A stretch of 64,000 nucleotides of DNA, from NCBI GenBank assembly GCA_049303835.1, contig JBAQNN010000002.1, positions 94,492-158,491 of the forward strand, in the 5' to 3' direction. The notes below the pieces were generated by a model that made no database searches, was not told the DNA's origin, and saw nothing but the letters and a program-made list of their open reading frames with translations. Shown piece after piece: positions 1-10,404 of this stretch (position 1 is its first letter; each line of letters begins with the position of its first letter). The translations under genes and the position numbers were made by a program. This DNA is from Minisyncoccia bacterium. Its GTDB lineage: Bacteria; Patescibacteriota; Minisyncoccia; Phycocordibacterales; UBA9973.

Positions 1-495
1 AAGCAGAAGTAAATCCGGGTCCTGGATAATAGCTGAAGCGAGAAGCAGTCGTGCTTGTTGCCCTCCGGAAAAAGTTTTGATTATTCTGTCGTGTACTTTG
101 GTATGACCCCTGAGATTTACCACTTCTAAAACATCGTCTATCCGGGGATCAATGTCATACACTTTCGCTGAAGTTTTATTTTGGAAGCATTTTAAAAAGA
201 ATTCTCTTACGGTCAGGTCAAGTTGGTCGCGAGGAATCACTTGTAAGGCTTGGGCGATGCTTATTCCATTCACTATATTTATAATCCCTGATTCCGGAGA
301 GAGTACCCCGGAAATCAAACCAAAGATAGTACTCTTGCCGGCTCCATTTTGACCCATTAAAGTGAATTTTGTACCTCGTCTTATGGTAAAGCTCACTCCG
401 TCCAAGATAGGCATATTAACCCCCCATTCATATGAGACATTATCAAAACGAACTATAGTTTCTTGGGTTTTTGGTGTTTCTTTAACTTCTTTCAT
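1..495 (-). CDS. ABC transporter ATP-binding protein, 5'-partial (continues beyond window start)
   Basis: Minus-strand translation reads MKEVKETPKTQETIVRFDNVSYEWG...GQNGAGKST (Walker A) ...FSGGQQARLLLASAII (ABC signature). The + strand ORF 152..352 is an antisense artefact. Confidence 0.7.
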   Translation of the reverse strand, partial: MKEVKETPKTQETIVRFDNVSYEWGVNMPILDGVSFTIRRGTKFTLMGQNGAGKSTIFGLISGVLSPESGIINIVNGISIAQALQVIPRDQLDLTVREFFLKCFQNKTSAKVYDIDPRIDDVLEVVNLRGHTKVHDRIIKTFSGGQQARLLLASAIIQDPDLLLL

Positions 496-538
496 TGGTG
501 TAGATTAACCTATTTAAGACAAAATAGCGAGTATTTTG

Positions 539-569
539 CTTGACAAATGGTGTATCTTTGTGATATACT
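539..569 (+). promoter_or_regulatory. sigma70-like promoter (TTGACA ... TGaTATACT) with ~75 nt leader upstream of the cold-shock gene
   Basis: TTGACA at 539-544, TATACT at 564-569 preceded by TG; long 5' UTR is typical of csp genes. Confidence 0.4.
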
Positions 570-649
570 TACTACTGTACAAAGTAGGTGCGAAAAGAGT
601 CGATTTTAGAGCTATCTATTTGTAATTTAATAACTTAAATAAAAAATCA

Positions 650-847
650 ATGACTGGTACAATAAAAAGACTCACTGATAAAGGTTTCGGCTTTATAACC
701 GGAGAAGGCCTTGCGAAAGATTTATTCTTTCACAGCAATTCTTTGGTTGGCGTAACCTTTGATGAGCTCAAAGAAGGTGATGCTGTTTCTTTTGAAACTG
801 AAGAATCACCAAAAGGATTGAATGCTGTGAACGTACAACGCGCATAA
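650..847 (+). CDS. cold-shock protein (CspA family, cold-shock DNA-binding domain)
   Basis: 65 aa; MTGTIKRLTDKGFGFITGEG...FFH motif pattern of CSD proteins. Confidence 0.9.
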   Translation: MTGTIKRLTDKGFGFITGEGLAKDLFFHSNSLVGVTFDELKEGDAVSFETEESPKGLNAVNVQRA

Positions 848-860
848 TATTCTCTCTAAT

Positions 861-893
861 AAAAAACCACCCATCTCGGGTGGTTTTTTATTT
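861..893. terminator. rho-independent terminator (A6-CCACCC-loop-GGGTGG-T6), bidirectional between convergent genes
   Basis: aaaaaaccacccatctcgggtggtttttt directly after csp stop and after the stop of the minus-strand thioredoxin-like gene. Confidence 0.8.
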
Positions 894-900
894 TGAGTTT

Positions 901-1164
901 TTATTTATCTTGTGCCCAAGCTTTTAGATTCTCGTAACTATCCTGCCCACAAATCCACTTTTCTGTTTTTGTATTATAAAAAAAAGGCACCCCTCCACAG
1001 AAATCTTTATCAAGGGCAATCAATCGTGCTTCATTCTCTTTATTGTGCCAAACTTCAATGGCTTCCACTTTTATTCCCTCTTCTTTTTCCAGTCGCCCCA
1101 CCAGCTCATGCATAGAAACACAGTGCGGACACTCGGTTCCATAAAATTCAAGTAGGTGTGACAT
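901..1164 (-). CDS. thioredoxin/glutaredoxin-like protein (CxxC)
   Basis: 87 aa with CPHC redox motif (YGTECPHCV), size and spacing typical of the thioredoxin fold. Confidence 0.55.
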   Translation of the reverse strand: MSHLLEFYGTECPHCVSMHELVGRLEKEEGIKVEAIEVWHNKENEARLIALDKDFCGGVPFFYNTKTEKWICGQDSYENLKAWAQDK

Positions 1165-1169
1165 AAAAA

Positions 1170-1421
1170 CTATTTAGTTAATCTTGATAAACGAGACTTT
1201 TTGTTAGCGGCGTTATTCTTCTTGATGACCCCTCTTTTAGCAGCTTTGTCTATCACCTGATAAGCGCCCGAGAGCATTTTTAATGCTTCAGCCTTGTCTG
1301 TCTTGGCAATTTTCTCAATCTTTTTGATTATTTCCTTCATCACCTTTTTTCTTTGGTCATTGAGGGCCTTTTTGCGAAGTGATCCGCGAATAGCTTTTTT
1401 AGCTGATTGTGTTATTGGCAT
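1170..1421 (-). CDS. rpsT: 30S ribosomal protein S20
   Basis: 83 aa, basic, MPITQSAKKAIRGSLRKKALN... matches S20 N-terminus and length. Confidence 0.85.
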   Translation of the reverse strand: MPITQSAKKAIRGSLRKKALNDQRKKVMKEIIKKIEKIAKTDKAEALKMLSGAYQVIDKAAKRGVIKKNNAANKKSRLSRLTK

Positions 1422-1480
1422 ATATGTTAATTTAACAGAAAAACCTTAAAAATGCAACTCGTCCGTCCGTAAATGAAATA

Positions 1481-1489
1481 TGATATAAT
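1481..1489 (+). promoter_or_regulatory. extended -10 (TGaTATAAT) 6 nt upstream of ruvA ATG; leaderless-type promoter
   Basis: tgatataat at 1481-1489, ATG at 1496, no SD. Confidence 0.45.
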
Positions 1490-1495
1490 CAGCTT

Positions 1496-2086
1496 ATGAT
1501 TGGAAGTATCAGAGGGAAAATAGCGCTAAAAACAGAAAAATTTATCCTGGTAGAGACTGGCGGGGTGGGCTATAAAATAAGCATCTCCCCTGACACTTTA
1601 TCCAAGACCTCAAAAATTGGAGATGAAATTTTTCTTTTCATTCACACGCACGTGCGCGAAGACGCATTAGACTTATACGGATTTCTAAACCTTAGAGAAT
1701 TAGAGTTTTTTGAAATGCTCATTAATGTATCCGGCATAGGACCAAAAGGAGCACTCGCCATTTTGGGGATCGCTTCAATTGACACACTAGAGCACGCCAT
1801 AGGCACCGGAGATACGAGCTATCTCACAAAGATTTCCGGTATCGGCAAAAAAACAGCGGAAAAGATAGTAATTGAATTGCGAGACAAACTAGCCGAGAAG
1901 ATAAAAGGTTCTCATGAAGAAGGATCTCTACAAGGAGAGTTGGACGTTTTGGAGGCTCTAAAATCACTTGGCTATTCTCAAAACGAAGCTCGTGATGCCT
2001 TGAAAAAATGTGCCCCGGATACAAATACTAATACAAAAATCCGCGAAGCCTTGAAAATTTTAGGAGGCCATGCCAAAGGCAGGTAA
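1496..2086 (+). CDS. ruvA: Holliday junction branch migration complex subunit RuvA
   Basis: 196 aa; MIGSIRGKI...ETGGVGY..., HhH motifs (GIGPKGALAIL, ISGIGKKTAEKI), C-terminal RuvB-interaction domain. Confidence 0.9.
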   Translation: MIGSIRGKIALKTEKFILVETGGVGYKISISPDTLSKTSKIGDEIFLFIHTHVREDALDLYGFLNLRELEFFEMLINVSGIGPKGALAILGIASIDTLEHAIGTGDTSYLTKISGIGKKTAEKIVIELRDKLAEKIKGSHEEGSLQGELDVLEALKSLGYSQNEARDALKKCAPDTNTNTKIREALKILGGHAKGR

Positions 2087-2096
2087 AAAATAAATT

Positions 2097-2939
2097 ATGC
2101 CAGAATTACCGGAAGTTGAAACTACCAAGAGAGGTCTAGAAAAGACCATTTTGGGGTTGGCAATAAAAGACGTGTGGACTGACTTATCTACAGCAGATAA
2201 ACGCAAAAGCGACACTGTCGCCAATCCAAAATATTTTAAAGTTTTTAAAAAAGAAATTCTAAATAAAAAAGTAACTTCTATAGAAAGAAGGGCAAAAAAT
2301 ATTTTGATAAACCTGTCCGGAGACAAAACCATTCTAGTCCACATGAAGATGACCGGGTATCTTTTTTACGGCAAAGACCCAAAAATTAAATTTGCGCACG
2401 TGATTTTTACTTTAAGTAACGGCTGCTATTTGGTTTTTTCCGACATGCGAAAGTTTGGAAAAATGACTTTACTGAGCCGTCGGCAGGAGGAAGTACTTTC
2501 AGGACTAGGCCCGGAACCATTGGAAAAACAATTCACGATTACAAATTTTAAATTACGAATTAGCAAAAAACCCAACGGTAAAATTAAAACTGTCCTGATG
2601 AATCAAAGTGTCCTCGCCGGTATTGGAAATATTTATTCCGATGAGATACTTTGGCGCGCCGGAGTATGTCCCGAGAGAAAAGTTTATAATCTAAAAGAAA
2701 CAGAAATTAAATTAATTTTTAAAGCCATTAAAGAGACACTCGCTAAGGGCATAGATTTTGGCGGAGATTCAATGTCGGATTATAAAAATATTTATGGCTT
2801 GCCGGGGAAATTTCAACTTCATCATCAGGCCTACAGACGTACGGGAGAAAAATGCCGAAAACCGCACTGTAAAGGCATCATAAAAAGAAAAGTCATAAAC
2901 GGTCGTAGCGCGCACTTTTGCTCAGTACATCAGAAATAA
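2097..2939 (+). CDS. mutM: formamidopyrimidine-DNA glycosylase (Fpg/MutM)
   Basis: N-terminal MPELPEVE (catalytic Pro2/Glu3), H2TH region, C-terminal zinc finger CRKPHC...C. Confidence 0.9.
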   Translation: MPELPEVETTKRGLEKTILGLAIKDVWTDLSTADKRKSDTVANPKYFKVFKKEILNKKVTSIERRAKNILINLSGDKTILVHMKMTGYLFYGKDPKIKFAHVIFTLSNGCYLVFSDMRKFGKMTLLSRRQEEVLSGLGPEPLEKQFTITNFKLRISKKPNGKIKTVLMNQSVLAGIGNIYSDEILWRAGVCPERKVYNLKETEIKLIFKAIKETLAKGIDFGGDSMSDYKNIYGLPGKFQLHHQAYRRTGEKCRKPHCKGIIKRKVINGRSAHFCSVHQK

Positions 2940-2984
2940 AAAAGATAAAATTCCTTAGACTATCATATATGATATACTAAAGAA

Positions 2985-3464
2985 TTAAATTTTTAGCATT
3001 CCAAAGAGTGCCACACCCAAGGCTACCGAGACATTTAGTGATTCCTTTTTTCCACGCATTGGAATCTCAGCAACAATATCGCACTTTTTTAAAATATTCT
3101 TTGGTATACCTGTCACTTCCGCCCCGACAATGAACGCGTTTCTATTTTGTAACTTTACTTTTTTGTAATCAATAGACTTTTTATCTTGTTCTATGCCAAT
3201 AATTAAATATTTTTCTTTCTTTAATTTAGTGAGTAATTGTAAAATATTTTTCTTCTGTTCCCATTTCACAAATTCTTCCGCCCCGAGCGCAGACTTTGCC
3301 AAGTCTCCTCTCTTCCTACCGAAACGATCCAGCGGCGTAGGCGTGTACCCCGTCAAATAAATCTTATCTATCCCCGCCGCATCCGCCGTGCGAAACATCG
3401 CTCCGACATTTTCCACACTTCGTATGTCATTTAATATTAAAATGTTTTTTTGATTCATAATCAT
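2985..3464 (-). CDS. SpoU/TrmH-family RNA 2'-O-methyltransferase
   Basis: 159 aa; SPOUT fold motifs (VENVGAMFRTADAAG, IVGAEVTGIP, ESLNVSVA). Start overlaps uvrC stop (ATGA). Confidence 0.75.
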   Translation of the reverse strand: MIMNQKNILILNDIRSVENVGAMFRTADAAGIDKIYLTGYTPTPLDRFGRKRGDLAKSALGAEEFVKWEQKKNILQLLTKLKKEKYLIIGIEQDKKSIDYKKVKLQNRNAFIVGAEVTGIPKNILKKCDIVAEIPMRGKKESLNVSVALGVALFGMLKI

Positions 3465-4690
3465 TTTAGAAAGTTTCTATTCCTCATATTTTTATGATAA
3501 GCGATAGCAAAGCGGTGAGATTCACTGTTTGCTAATAAAATTTCTTTTTTATATTTCAACCCAAACTCTCTATCCCCCATTATTGCTCTGGCTTTATGAT
3601 GTTCATCTTTTACAACTGAGACTACCGGGATATTTATTTTTAATTTATTTAAAATTTTTCTAGCAATATTTATTTGCGCCATACCGCCATCCACCACTAT
3701 CAAATTCGGGTAAGTCCATTCTGTGTGGGCAAGGCGTCTTTCCAATACTTCTTTCAAGGCTCCAGTATCGTTCGCATCAGTTTGCGTTCTAATTTTAAAT
3801 TTTTTATATTCATTTTTTACCACTTCCCCATCTTCCATCACCACCATGACCCCCACCATATTTTTGCCACCCATATGCGCAATATCATAAGCCTCTATAC
3901 GAGCTCCTGAAACAAGAAAATTTTTATTCGTGTGGGCCCCGCCCGGTACTCCGGGAAGGGAGGAACGAGAAAAATTTTCTTGTTTCAGGAGTGCCACATC
4001 GTTTATGTGCTTCAGTGCAAACATTTGTCTCTTTATTTCCCCCGCTTTCTCAAATTCCTGCTTTTTAGCATACTCTTGCATTTCTTTTTTAAGATTTTTA
4101 AAAATTCTTTTCTTTTTACCCTCAAAAAACAAAATAATATTTTTTATATTTTGTTTATATAATTTTTTATCGTTCAAATCAGGAACCAGGTTTATCTGTT
4201 TATAAAATTCCAAATAGTTCTTGCTTTTCTCGTCCAAAAATGGAAAAATCCTTCGTACTATTTTTAAAGCTTCTCTGAGTTGGGAGCCATTCGGGTAAGG
4301 TCCAAAAACGTTCTTTTCATTTTTTAAATTTTTTCCTCTAACAATAATTACTTTTGGAAGTTGTTCGTCTGTGACACAAACATAATTAAAACTTTTATCC
4401 GATTTTTCTTTAGTATTATACTTCGGCTGATGTTTTTTAATGAGTTTTGCTTCCAGAATAAGCGCTTCCAAGACACTGTCTGTGATCTGCCATTTTATTT
4501 TATCCGCCTTAAAAACCATATCCACTAAGATGGGTCCCCTCGTCTGTATCAAGTCTTTCCCAAAATAACTTCTCACCCTATCTTTAAGCGACGTAGCTTT
4601 GCCAATGTAAATGATTTTCCCTTTTTCTAAGAAAAAATAGACACCGGAATTATCAGGTATTTTAAATTTTTTTAGATTTTTACTATTCAT
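3461..4690 (-). CDS. uvrC: excinuclease ABC subunit C (short form: GIY-YIG + UvrC endonuclease domain, no C-terminal HhH)
   Basis: N-terminal GIY-YIG (GVYFF...IYIGKATSLKDRVRSYF), UvrBC motif region, RNaseH-like C-domain (AYDIAHMGG). Directly downstream of uvrA. Confidence 0.8.
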   Translation of the reverse strand: MNSKNLKKFKIPDNSGVYFFLEKGKIIYIGKATSLKDRVRSYFGKDLIQTRGPILVDMVFKADKIKWQITDSVLEALILEAKLIKKHQPKYNTKEKSDKSFNYVCVTDEQLPKVIIVRGKNLKNEKNVFGPYPNGSQLREALKIVRRIFPFLDEKSKNYLEFYKQINLVPDLNDKKLYKQNIKNIILFFEGKKKRIFKNLKKEMQEYAKKQEFEKAGEIKRQMFALKHINDVALLKQENFSRSSLPGVPGGAHTNKNFLVSGARIEAYDIAHMGGKNMVGVMVVMEDGEVVKNEYKKFKIRTQTDANDTGALKEVLERRLAHTEWTYPNLIVVDGGMAQINIARKILNKLKINIPVVSVVKDEHHKARAIMGDREFGLKYKKEILLANSESHRFAIAYHKNMRNRNFLK

Positions 4691-4691
4691 A

Positions 4692-7358
4692 TTATCTTCT
4701 TAAAACTTTTTTAAGGTATTTACCTGTATGAGATTTGCTATTATTGGCGACTTCTTCCGGAGTTCCTTTGGCTACAATATTTCCTCCTTTCACTCCACCC
4801 TCAGGTCCAATATCTATAATGTAATCTGAGCTTTTAATAATATCAAGGTTGTGTTCTATGAGAACAACGGTATTGCCTTTGGAAACCAGTTTATTTAAAA
4901 CTTCTAAAAGCTTTTGTACGTCATCATAATGAAGCCCGACTGTCGGCTCATCTAAAAGGTAAATAGTTTTTTCTAAATGCGGACGATAAAGTTCGCTTGA
5001 GATTTTTACCCTCTGTGCTTCCCCTCCGGATAGCGTCGTCGCTGGTTGTCCAATCTCAAGATATCCTAGACCCACATCCATCAAAGTCTGTAGCCTGTCA
5101 GAAACTGCTGGAATATCTTTAAAAAATTCCAATCCTTTTTCCACCGTCATACGAAGCACTTCATAAATATTTTTCTTCTTATATTTTACAGTAAGAGTTT
5201 CTTTATCAAAACGCTTTCCTCCACACACATCACAAGTCACATAAACCGTCGGCAAAAAATGCATCTCTACGGCAATTTCTCCATTACCCTCACAAGCTTC
5301 ACAACGTCCGCCCTTCACATTGAAAGAAAAACGGTTTGCTTTCCAGCCTCGCAATCGTGCTTCTTCTGTAGAAGCGAAAAGATCTCGAATATGCGTAAAA
5401 GCACCAGTATAAGTGGCTATATTTGATCTAGGAGTCCTGCCTATTGGTGACTGATCAATCAATATCGCGCGAGAAAGATACTCCGTACCAGAAAATGAAG
5501 AACAGTTAGATACCTGCGCTGTGCGATATTTTCTTTCATAACGCGCCTGTAAATTTTTATAAAGAATTTCATACATAAAAGAACTTTTACCAGAACCAGA
5601 AACTCCAGTGATGGATGTCATCACTCCGAGGGGCACTTCCACATTCATGTTGTTTATATTAAAAATTTTTCCCCCACTTACCCTAAGCGCACCCTTGGCT
5701 TGTCGTCTTTTTTCCGGAACTTCTATTTTTATTTCTTCCCGTAAATAAGCGAGAGTTCTAGAATTATTTACATTCTTTTTGGCAGTTAATAAATCCTCTA
5801 AATAACCGGAAGCTATCACCTCTCCACCGTGCACTCCTGCCTTAGGTCCGATATCCACAATATAATCAGAAGCATAGATAGTGTCTTCATCATGTTCCAC
5901 GATCAAAATTGTATTCCCTAAATCACGAAGATTTTGAAGAGTTTTAATTAATCTATCATTGTCTCGCTGGTGAAGACCTATCGTGGGTTCATCTAATACA
6001 TAAAGCGCACCGACCAACCTAGAACCAAGCTGGGAGGCCAGACGGATGCGTTGCGCTTCTCCCCCAGAGAGCGTGTTGGCCTTACGAGACAGTTGCAGAT
6101 AGTCCAAACCGACATCCAACATAAACTGGAGCCTAGCTTCTATCTCCCTCACCACCGGCACAGATATTTCTTTCTCTTGTGGGGAAAGTTTTAAATTCTT
6201 AAAGAAGTCATGCGCATCTTTAATGGAGAGCGAAGACAATTCCAAGATATTTATTTTTTTGTTTTTATCCGCTTCTAAAAATACATTGAGAGCTTCGGGA
6301 CGCAGTCTGGCACCATGACAAGTATCACACGGCTCATCTCCCATAAAATATTTTGAACCCAAACCATTACATTCCGGACAAGCCCCATAGGGAGAATTAA
6401 AAGAAAACAGCCTCGGCTCAACTTCCGGAAAAGAAAAGCCGTCATTTTTACAAGCAAATTTTGAGGACATAATAAATTCATTATCTCCGATCTTGATAGT
6501 AACCAGTCCGTCGGATTCAATAAGCGTTCGCTCTATCGCCTCGGATAAACGCATCCTACTTGCTTCTTTGTCATCAACAAACTCATGCACCGCAAAACTA
6601 TCTACTAGAATATCTATGTTGTGAGCTTTGTTTTTAGAGAGAGTAATTTGTTCTCGCAGTTTTTTCATCGCGCCATCCAAACGGATTTCGGCAAAACCTT
6701 TGCCAAGTAAATCATAAAGCATTTGGTAATATTCCCCTTTCCTCCCACGAACTACTGGTGAAAAAATACTAATTTCTGTTTCATCAAACTCCACCCCCAT
6801 CACTTTCCTCACATTCTTTTTTGGAGTTCGGGAAGAAGAATTTTGAACGGGAAAGGTTCCAGCCGGAGGCTGGAGTAATCCGGAAAAATTCTTCTTCCCG
6901 AACTCTCCCACTTTTTCCAAAACAAAATTCAAAATTTCTTCATTGGAAAGTTTTTTAATTTCCTCTCCACACAAAGGGCAATGCGGATGTCCGATGCGCG
7001 CATACATCACCCGCAAATAATCATAAATTTCTGTGATAGTAGCCACAGTGGAACGTGGGTTATTTGAACGAGATTTTTGGTCAATAGAAATTGCCGGTGA
7101 AAGACCGGTAATCTCATCCACATCTGGTTTCGGCATTTGATTTAAAAATTGTCGCGCGTAAGAAGACAGGGATTCCACATATCTCCTTTGCCCTTCCGCA
7201 AAGATAGTGTCAAAAGCCAAGGATGATTTTCCAGACCCGGAGACACCGGTAATAACCACCATCTTATTTCGTGGCATCTCCACGTTTATATTCTTTAAGT
7301 TATGGGTCCGCGCCCCCTTAACTACTATTTTATCTATATTTTTCTCTTGTTTTGTCAT
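4692..7358 (-). CDS. uvrA: excinuclease ABC subunit A (UvrA)
   Basis: Two ABC ATPase modules (GVSGSGKSS x2, LSGGEAQR x2) and zinc-finger Cys clusters. The ATG at 7358 ([24 protein letters not shown]) is preferred over the GTG-extended ORF to 7394. Confidence 0.9.
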   Translation of the reverse strand: MTKQEKNIDKIVVKGARTHNLKNINVEMPRNKMVVITGVSGSGKSSLAFDTIFAEGQRRYVESLSSYARQFLNQMPKPDVDEITGLSPAISIDQKSRSNNPRSTVATITEIYDYLRVMYARIGHPHCPLCGEEIKKLSNEEILNFVLEKVGEFGKKNFSGLLQPPAGTFPVQNSSSRTPKKNVRKVMGVEFDETEISIFSPVVRGRKGEYYQMLYDLLGKGFAEIRLDGAMKKLREQITLSKNKAHNIDILVDSFAVHEFVDDKEASRMRLSEAIERTLIESDGLVTIKIGDNEFIMSSKFACKNDGFSFPEVEPRLFSFNSPYGACPECNGLGSKYFMGDEPCDTCHGARLRPEALNVFLEADKNKKINILELSSLSIKDAHDFFKNLKLSPQEKEISVPVVREIEARLQFMLDVGLDYLQLSRKANTLSGGEAQRIRLASQLGSRLVGALYVLDEPTIGLHQRDNDRLIKTLQNLRDLGNTILIVEHDEDTIYASDYIVDIGPKAGVHGGEVIASGYLEDLLTAKKNVNNSRTLAYLREEIKIEVPEKRRQAKGALRVSGGKIFNINNMNVEVPLGVMTSITGVSGSGKSSFMYEILYKNLQARYERKYRTAQVSNCSSFSGTEYLSRAILIDQSPIGRTPRSNIATYTGAFTHIRDLFASTEEARLRGWKANRFSFNVKGGRCEACEGNGEIAVEMHFLPTVYVTCDVCGGKRFDKETLTVKYKKKNIYEVLRMTVEKGLEFFKDIPAVSDRLQTLMDVGLGYLEIGQPATTLSGGEAQRVKISSELYRPHLEKTIYLLDEPTVGLHYDDVQKLLEVLNKLVSKGNTVVLIEHNLDIIKSSDYIIDIGPEGGVKGGNIVAKGTPEEVANNSKSHTGKYLKKVLRR

Positions 7359-7438
7359 ATTTGTCCGCCCACTAGCGGATAACGCAATGCACACCCCGCT
7401 TTGTTCATAGGGGGTGTCTATCTCAATAATCTAACATA

Positions 7439-9577
7439 CTACTGTTTCTTTTCCAATTTCAACTTGAGTACTCCAATTTCATCCCTCAGTATCGCCGCTG
7501 TTTCAAAATCCAGCTCTTTCACCGCCTTATTCATTTCTTTCTCTTTGATTTTTATTATTTTTTCGTAAATTAGATCACCTATCTCTTCGTCCGAGAGATA
7601 CGATTGCCCTAGGCTAGTGTTTGGTATTCTACTTCTCGATTTTTCCTCTGTTTTTAATCTTTTTGAATAAGCTTTCTTAAAAATTTCCAGATCAAGACCG
7701 AGTTCTGTGTTAACCGTCTTGCCATGTTCGCTTTCCAATTCTTCCGTGATATCTTTTATCTTTTTCAAGATAGTCTTCGGGGTGATGCCATGTTTTTTAT
7801 TATAAGCAAGCTGAATATCTCTACGACGCTTCGTTTCATCAAGAGCGTATTTCATCGCTTTAGTAATGGAGTCGGCATAAAGAATGACTTTTCCTTCGCT
7901 GTTGCGGGCAGCACGACCAATGGTTTGAATCAGAGATGTCTCCGAACGTAAAAACCCTGCCTTGTCTGCATCTAAAATTCCTATTAATGCAACCTCGGGC
8001 AGGTCTAACCCTTCACGGAGAAGATTTACTCCCACCAAAACGTCAAATTCTCCTTTTCTAAATTGAGTCAGGATTTTAATCCTCTCTATGGTTTTTATAT
8101 CACTATGTAAATATTCTGCTTTTATTTTTTTACCCTCCTTGGCGGGTAAATCCTTCAAATAAAGAGAAAGGTCTTCCGCCATCTTTTTGGTAAGTGTCGT
8201 CGCTAAAACCCTGAAACCTTTTTTAATTGTTTTTTCTGTTTCTTCTATAAAATCTTGAATCTGACCTTTGTAGTCTCCTTTTTCATTTACGGGGCGCACT
8301 ACCGTCTCCGGATCTACCAGCCCCGTAGGGCGAATAATCTGCTCCACAATCTGTGTACTTTCTTTTCTCTCCACCTCACTCGGGGTGGCACTAGTGTAAA
8401 TCACCGAACCGATGCGTGCTTGAAATTCTTCATATCTAAGAGGCCTGTTGTCCTTGGCGGAAGGAAGCCGGAAGCCATATTCCACTAGAGTATTTTTACG
8501 AGAAGCATCCCCGGCGTACATACCGTTCAATTGAGGCAGAGTAACGTGCGATTCATCAATGATGGTAAGAAATCCGGTTTTAGGGAAATACGAAAGCAAC
8601 GTCTCCGGAGGCTCCCCTTCTTTCTTGCCGGACAAGTGTCTGGAATAATTTTCTATGCCATTACAATAGCCGACTTCTTTTATCATCGCCAGGTCGTAAT
8701 TTGTTCTTCTTTTGATTCTCTCCGCTTCTAAAAGCTTTTTTTCTTTCTCAAACTTTTTTAACTGGCTATTTAGTTCTTTTTTTATTTCCACTAAAGCTTT
8801 GTTTTTTTTGGTCTCTTCAGTAATAAAGTGTTTCGCGGGGAAAATAAACAAACTATCCTCTTCTTTTAAAATTCGCGAGGAGATTGGATCAACTTTTATT
8901 ATTTTTGAAATTTTTCCATTTTTAAACTCTATTTGATACATCGTGGTCTCGGACACGGGCATAAATTCCACTCGGGGGCCAACAGAACGAAAAGTCCCAG
9001 GGGTCAAATCCGCATTGGTTCGTTCAAAATGAATTTCAATCAATTTTTTCATCAAAACTAATCTGTCTAATTTCATTTCCAACTCTAATTTGAGATTTAC
9101 TTTTTCATATTCTTCTGGAGAACCCAATCCATAAATACAAGAGACCGATGCGACAATAATGACATCCGGCCTGGAGAGGAGAGCTTGCGTAGTAGCATGA
9201 CGCAGACGATCAATTTCTTTATTTATCTGCGCATCTTTTTCAATATACGTGTCCGTTGTCGGCATATAAGCTTCCGGCTGATAGTAGTCGTAATATGAAA
9301 CAAAATAATGCACCGCCGATTCCGGAAAGAATAATCTGAATTCTTGGGCAAGCTGGGCAGCCAGAGTCTTGTTGTGCGCTATTACCAATGTTGGTTTGTT
9401 GTACCCTGCTATGACATTTGCCATAGTAAAAGTCTTGCCCGTACCCGTTGCCCCGAGGAGGGTTTGTTTTTTCATCCCGCTCTCTAGCCCTTTCAATAAA
9501 GCAGAAATAGCCGCAGGTTGATCCCCTGCTGGTTTAAAAGGATTATGTAATTTAAAGACTGCCTTACTTTTCAACAT
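7439..9577 (-). CDS. uvrB: excinuclease ABC subunit B (UvrB)
   Basis: 712 aa; helicase motifs (GATGTGKTF, DESH), C-terminal UvrB/UvrC interaction coiled coil. Confidence 0.9.
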   Translation of the reverse strand: MLKSKAVFKLHNPFKPAGDQPAAISALLKGLESGMKKQTLLGATGTGKTFTMANVIAGYNKPTLVIAHNKTLAAQLAQEFRLFFPESAVHYFVSYYDYYQPEAYMPTTDTYIEKDAQINKEIDRLRHATTQALLSRPDVIIVASVSCIYGLGSPEEYEKVNLKLELEMKLDRLVLMKKLIEIHFERTNADLTPGTFRSVGPRVEFMPVSETTMYQIEFKNGKISKIIKVDPISSRILKEEDSLFIFPAKHFITEETKKNKALVEIKKELNSQLKKFEKEKKLLEAERIKRRTNYDLAMIKEVGYCNGIENYSRHLSGKKEGEPPETLLSYFPKTGFLTIIDESHVTLPQLNGMYAGDASRKNTLVEYGFRLPSAKDNRPLRYEEFQARIGSVIYTSATPSEVERKESTQIVEQIIRPTGLVDPETVVRPVNEKGDYKGQIQDFIEETEKTIKKGFRVLATTLTKKMAEDLSLYLKDLPAKEGKKIKAEYLHSDIKTIERIKILTQFRKGEFDVLVGVNLLREGLDLPEVALIGILDADKAGFLRSETSLIQTIGRAARNSEGKVILYADSITKAMKYALDETKRRRDIQLAYNKKHGITPKTILKKIKDITEELESEHGKTVNTELGLDLEIFKKAYSKRLKTEEKSRSRIPNTSLGQSYLSDEEIGDLIYEKIIKIKEKEMNKAVKELDFETAAILRDEIGVLKLKLEKKQ

Positions 9578-9731
9578 TAATAGAGCTTACCTCATCAAAG
9601 ACATTATTGTAAGCATTGACCACTAAATAAAAAGCCAGACCCGAGCTTATAATAGTAAAAATAAACAAATATAAAAGCGAATGATTCAATTCTTTTATTG
9701 ACGACATAATAGACATTATACCACAAACAAT

Positions 9732-9745
9732 TTTTCTGCTATAAT
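9732..9745 (+). promoter_or_regulatory. TTTTCTGCTATAAT extended -10 promoter, 9 nt upstream of ATG (near-leaderless)
   Basis: Same 14-mer recurs at 20064-20077. Confidence 0.45.
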
Positions 9746-9754
9746 ATTCTGGCC

Positions 9755-10279
9755 ATGGAAAATTTTAAATTTATACTAATTTCAATAATTATTATCGCAG
9801 GCATGGGACTGCTCGGCTATTGGGCAATACGCACACTACCAACAGGAGACGTATATGTCAGCAAACAAAAACAACAAATACTTGAAGAAGAAAACAGAGA
9901 ACTCACAGAAGAAATCAACAGGTTAAAAAAAGAACTAACAGCATTACAACCAAAAGAAGAGGAAAAACCGGAAGTAACTACAACCACTCCAACCAAACCG
10001 ACAACTGTGACTTATAAACATCAAAGTCTGATCAATGATCTACAAAAACTTGTTACTGGTGGAATTTTTATGAAACAAGGATCACAAGGTACCAGAGTGG
10101 GCACTCTACAAACTTTCTTGAATATATATAATAATACTTCAAAAAAAGTGGACAACGACTATGGCGCGGGAATGAAAACAGACGTTATGAATTTCCAAAA
10201 AGCAGAAAAAATAACAGCGGATGGAGAAGCAGGGCCTACCACCTTCCAAAAAATGATAGATTGGCTCAAGAAACAATAG
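9755..10279 (+). CDS. membrane-anchored protein with coiled coil and C-terminal peptidoglycan-binding (PG_binding_1-like) domain
   Basis: N-terminal TM helix, coiled coil (ELTEEINRLKKELTALQ), Thr/Pro linker, C-terminal GTRVGTLQTFLN...DNDYGAGMKTDVMNFQK...DGEAGPTTFQK. Confidence 0.55.
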   Translation: MENFKFILISIIIIAGMGLLGYWAIRTLPTGDVYVSKQKQQILEEENRELTEEINRLKKELTALQPKEEEKPEVTTTTPTKPTTVTYKHQSLINDLQKLVTGGIFMKQGSQGTRVGTLQTFLNIYNNTSKKVDNDYGAGMKTDVMNFQKAEKITADGEAGPTTFQKMIDWLKKQ

Positions 10280-10290
10280 AATTCTATTTG

Positions 10291-10363
10291 TGCGCCCGCT
10301 CGGGATCGAACCGAGGACCTTATCCTTAAAAGGGATCTGCTCTACCAGCTGAGCTACGGGCGC
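10291..10363 (-). tRNA. tRNA-Lys (anticodon TTT), no encoded CCA
   Basis: Cloverleaf by hand: acceptor GCGCCCG/CGGGCGC, D arm GCTC-AGCTGGTA-GAGC, anticodon loop CTTTTAA, T arm CTCGG-TTCGATC-CCGAG. Confidence 0.85.
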
Positions 10364-10404
10364 ATATTTCTTTATGAATGTACAAATCTGATAGTACCAT
10401 ATTT

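Noticed and set aside
152-352. 66-aa + strand ORF at the window start
   Set aside because: Lies antisense to a clearly recognisable ABC ATPase gene (Walker A and LSGGQ signature on the minus strand).
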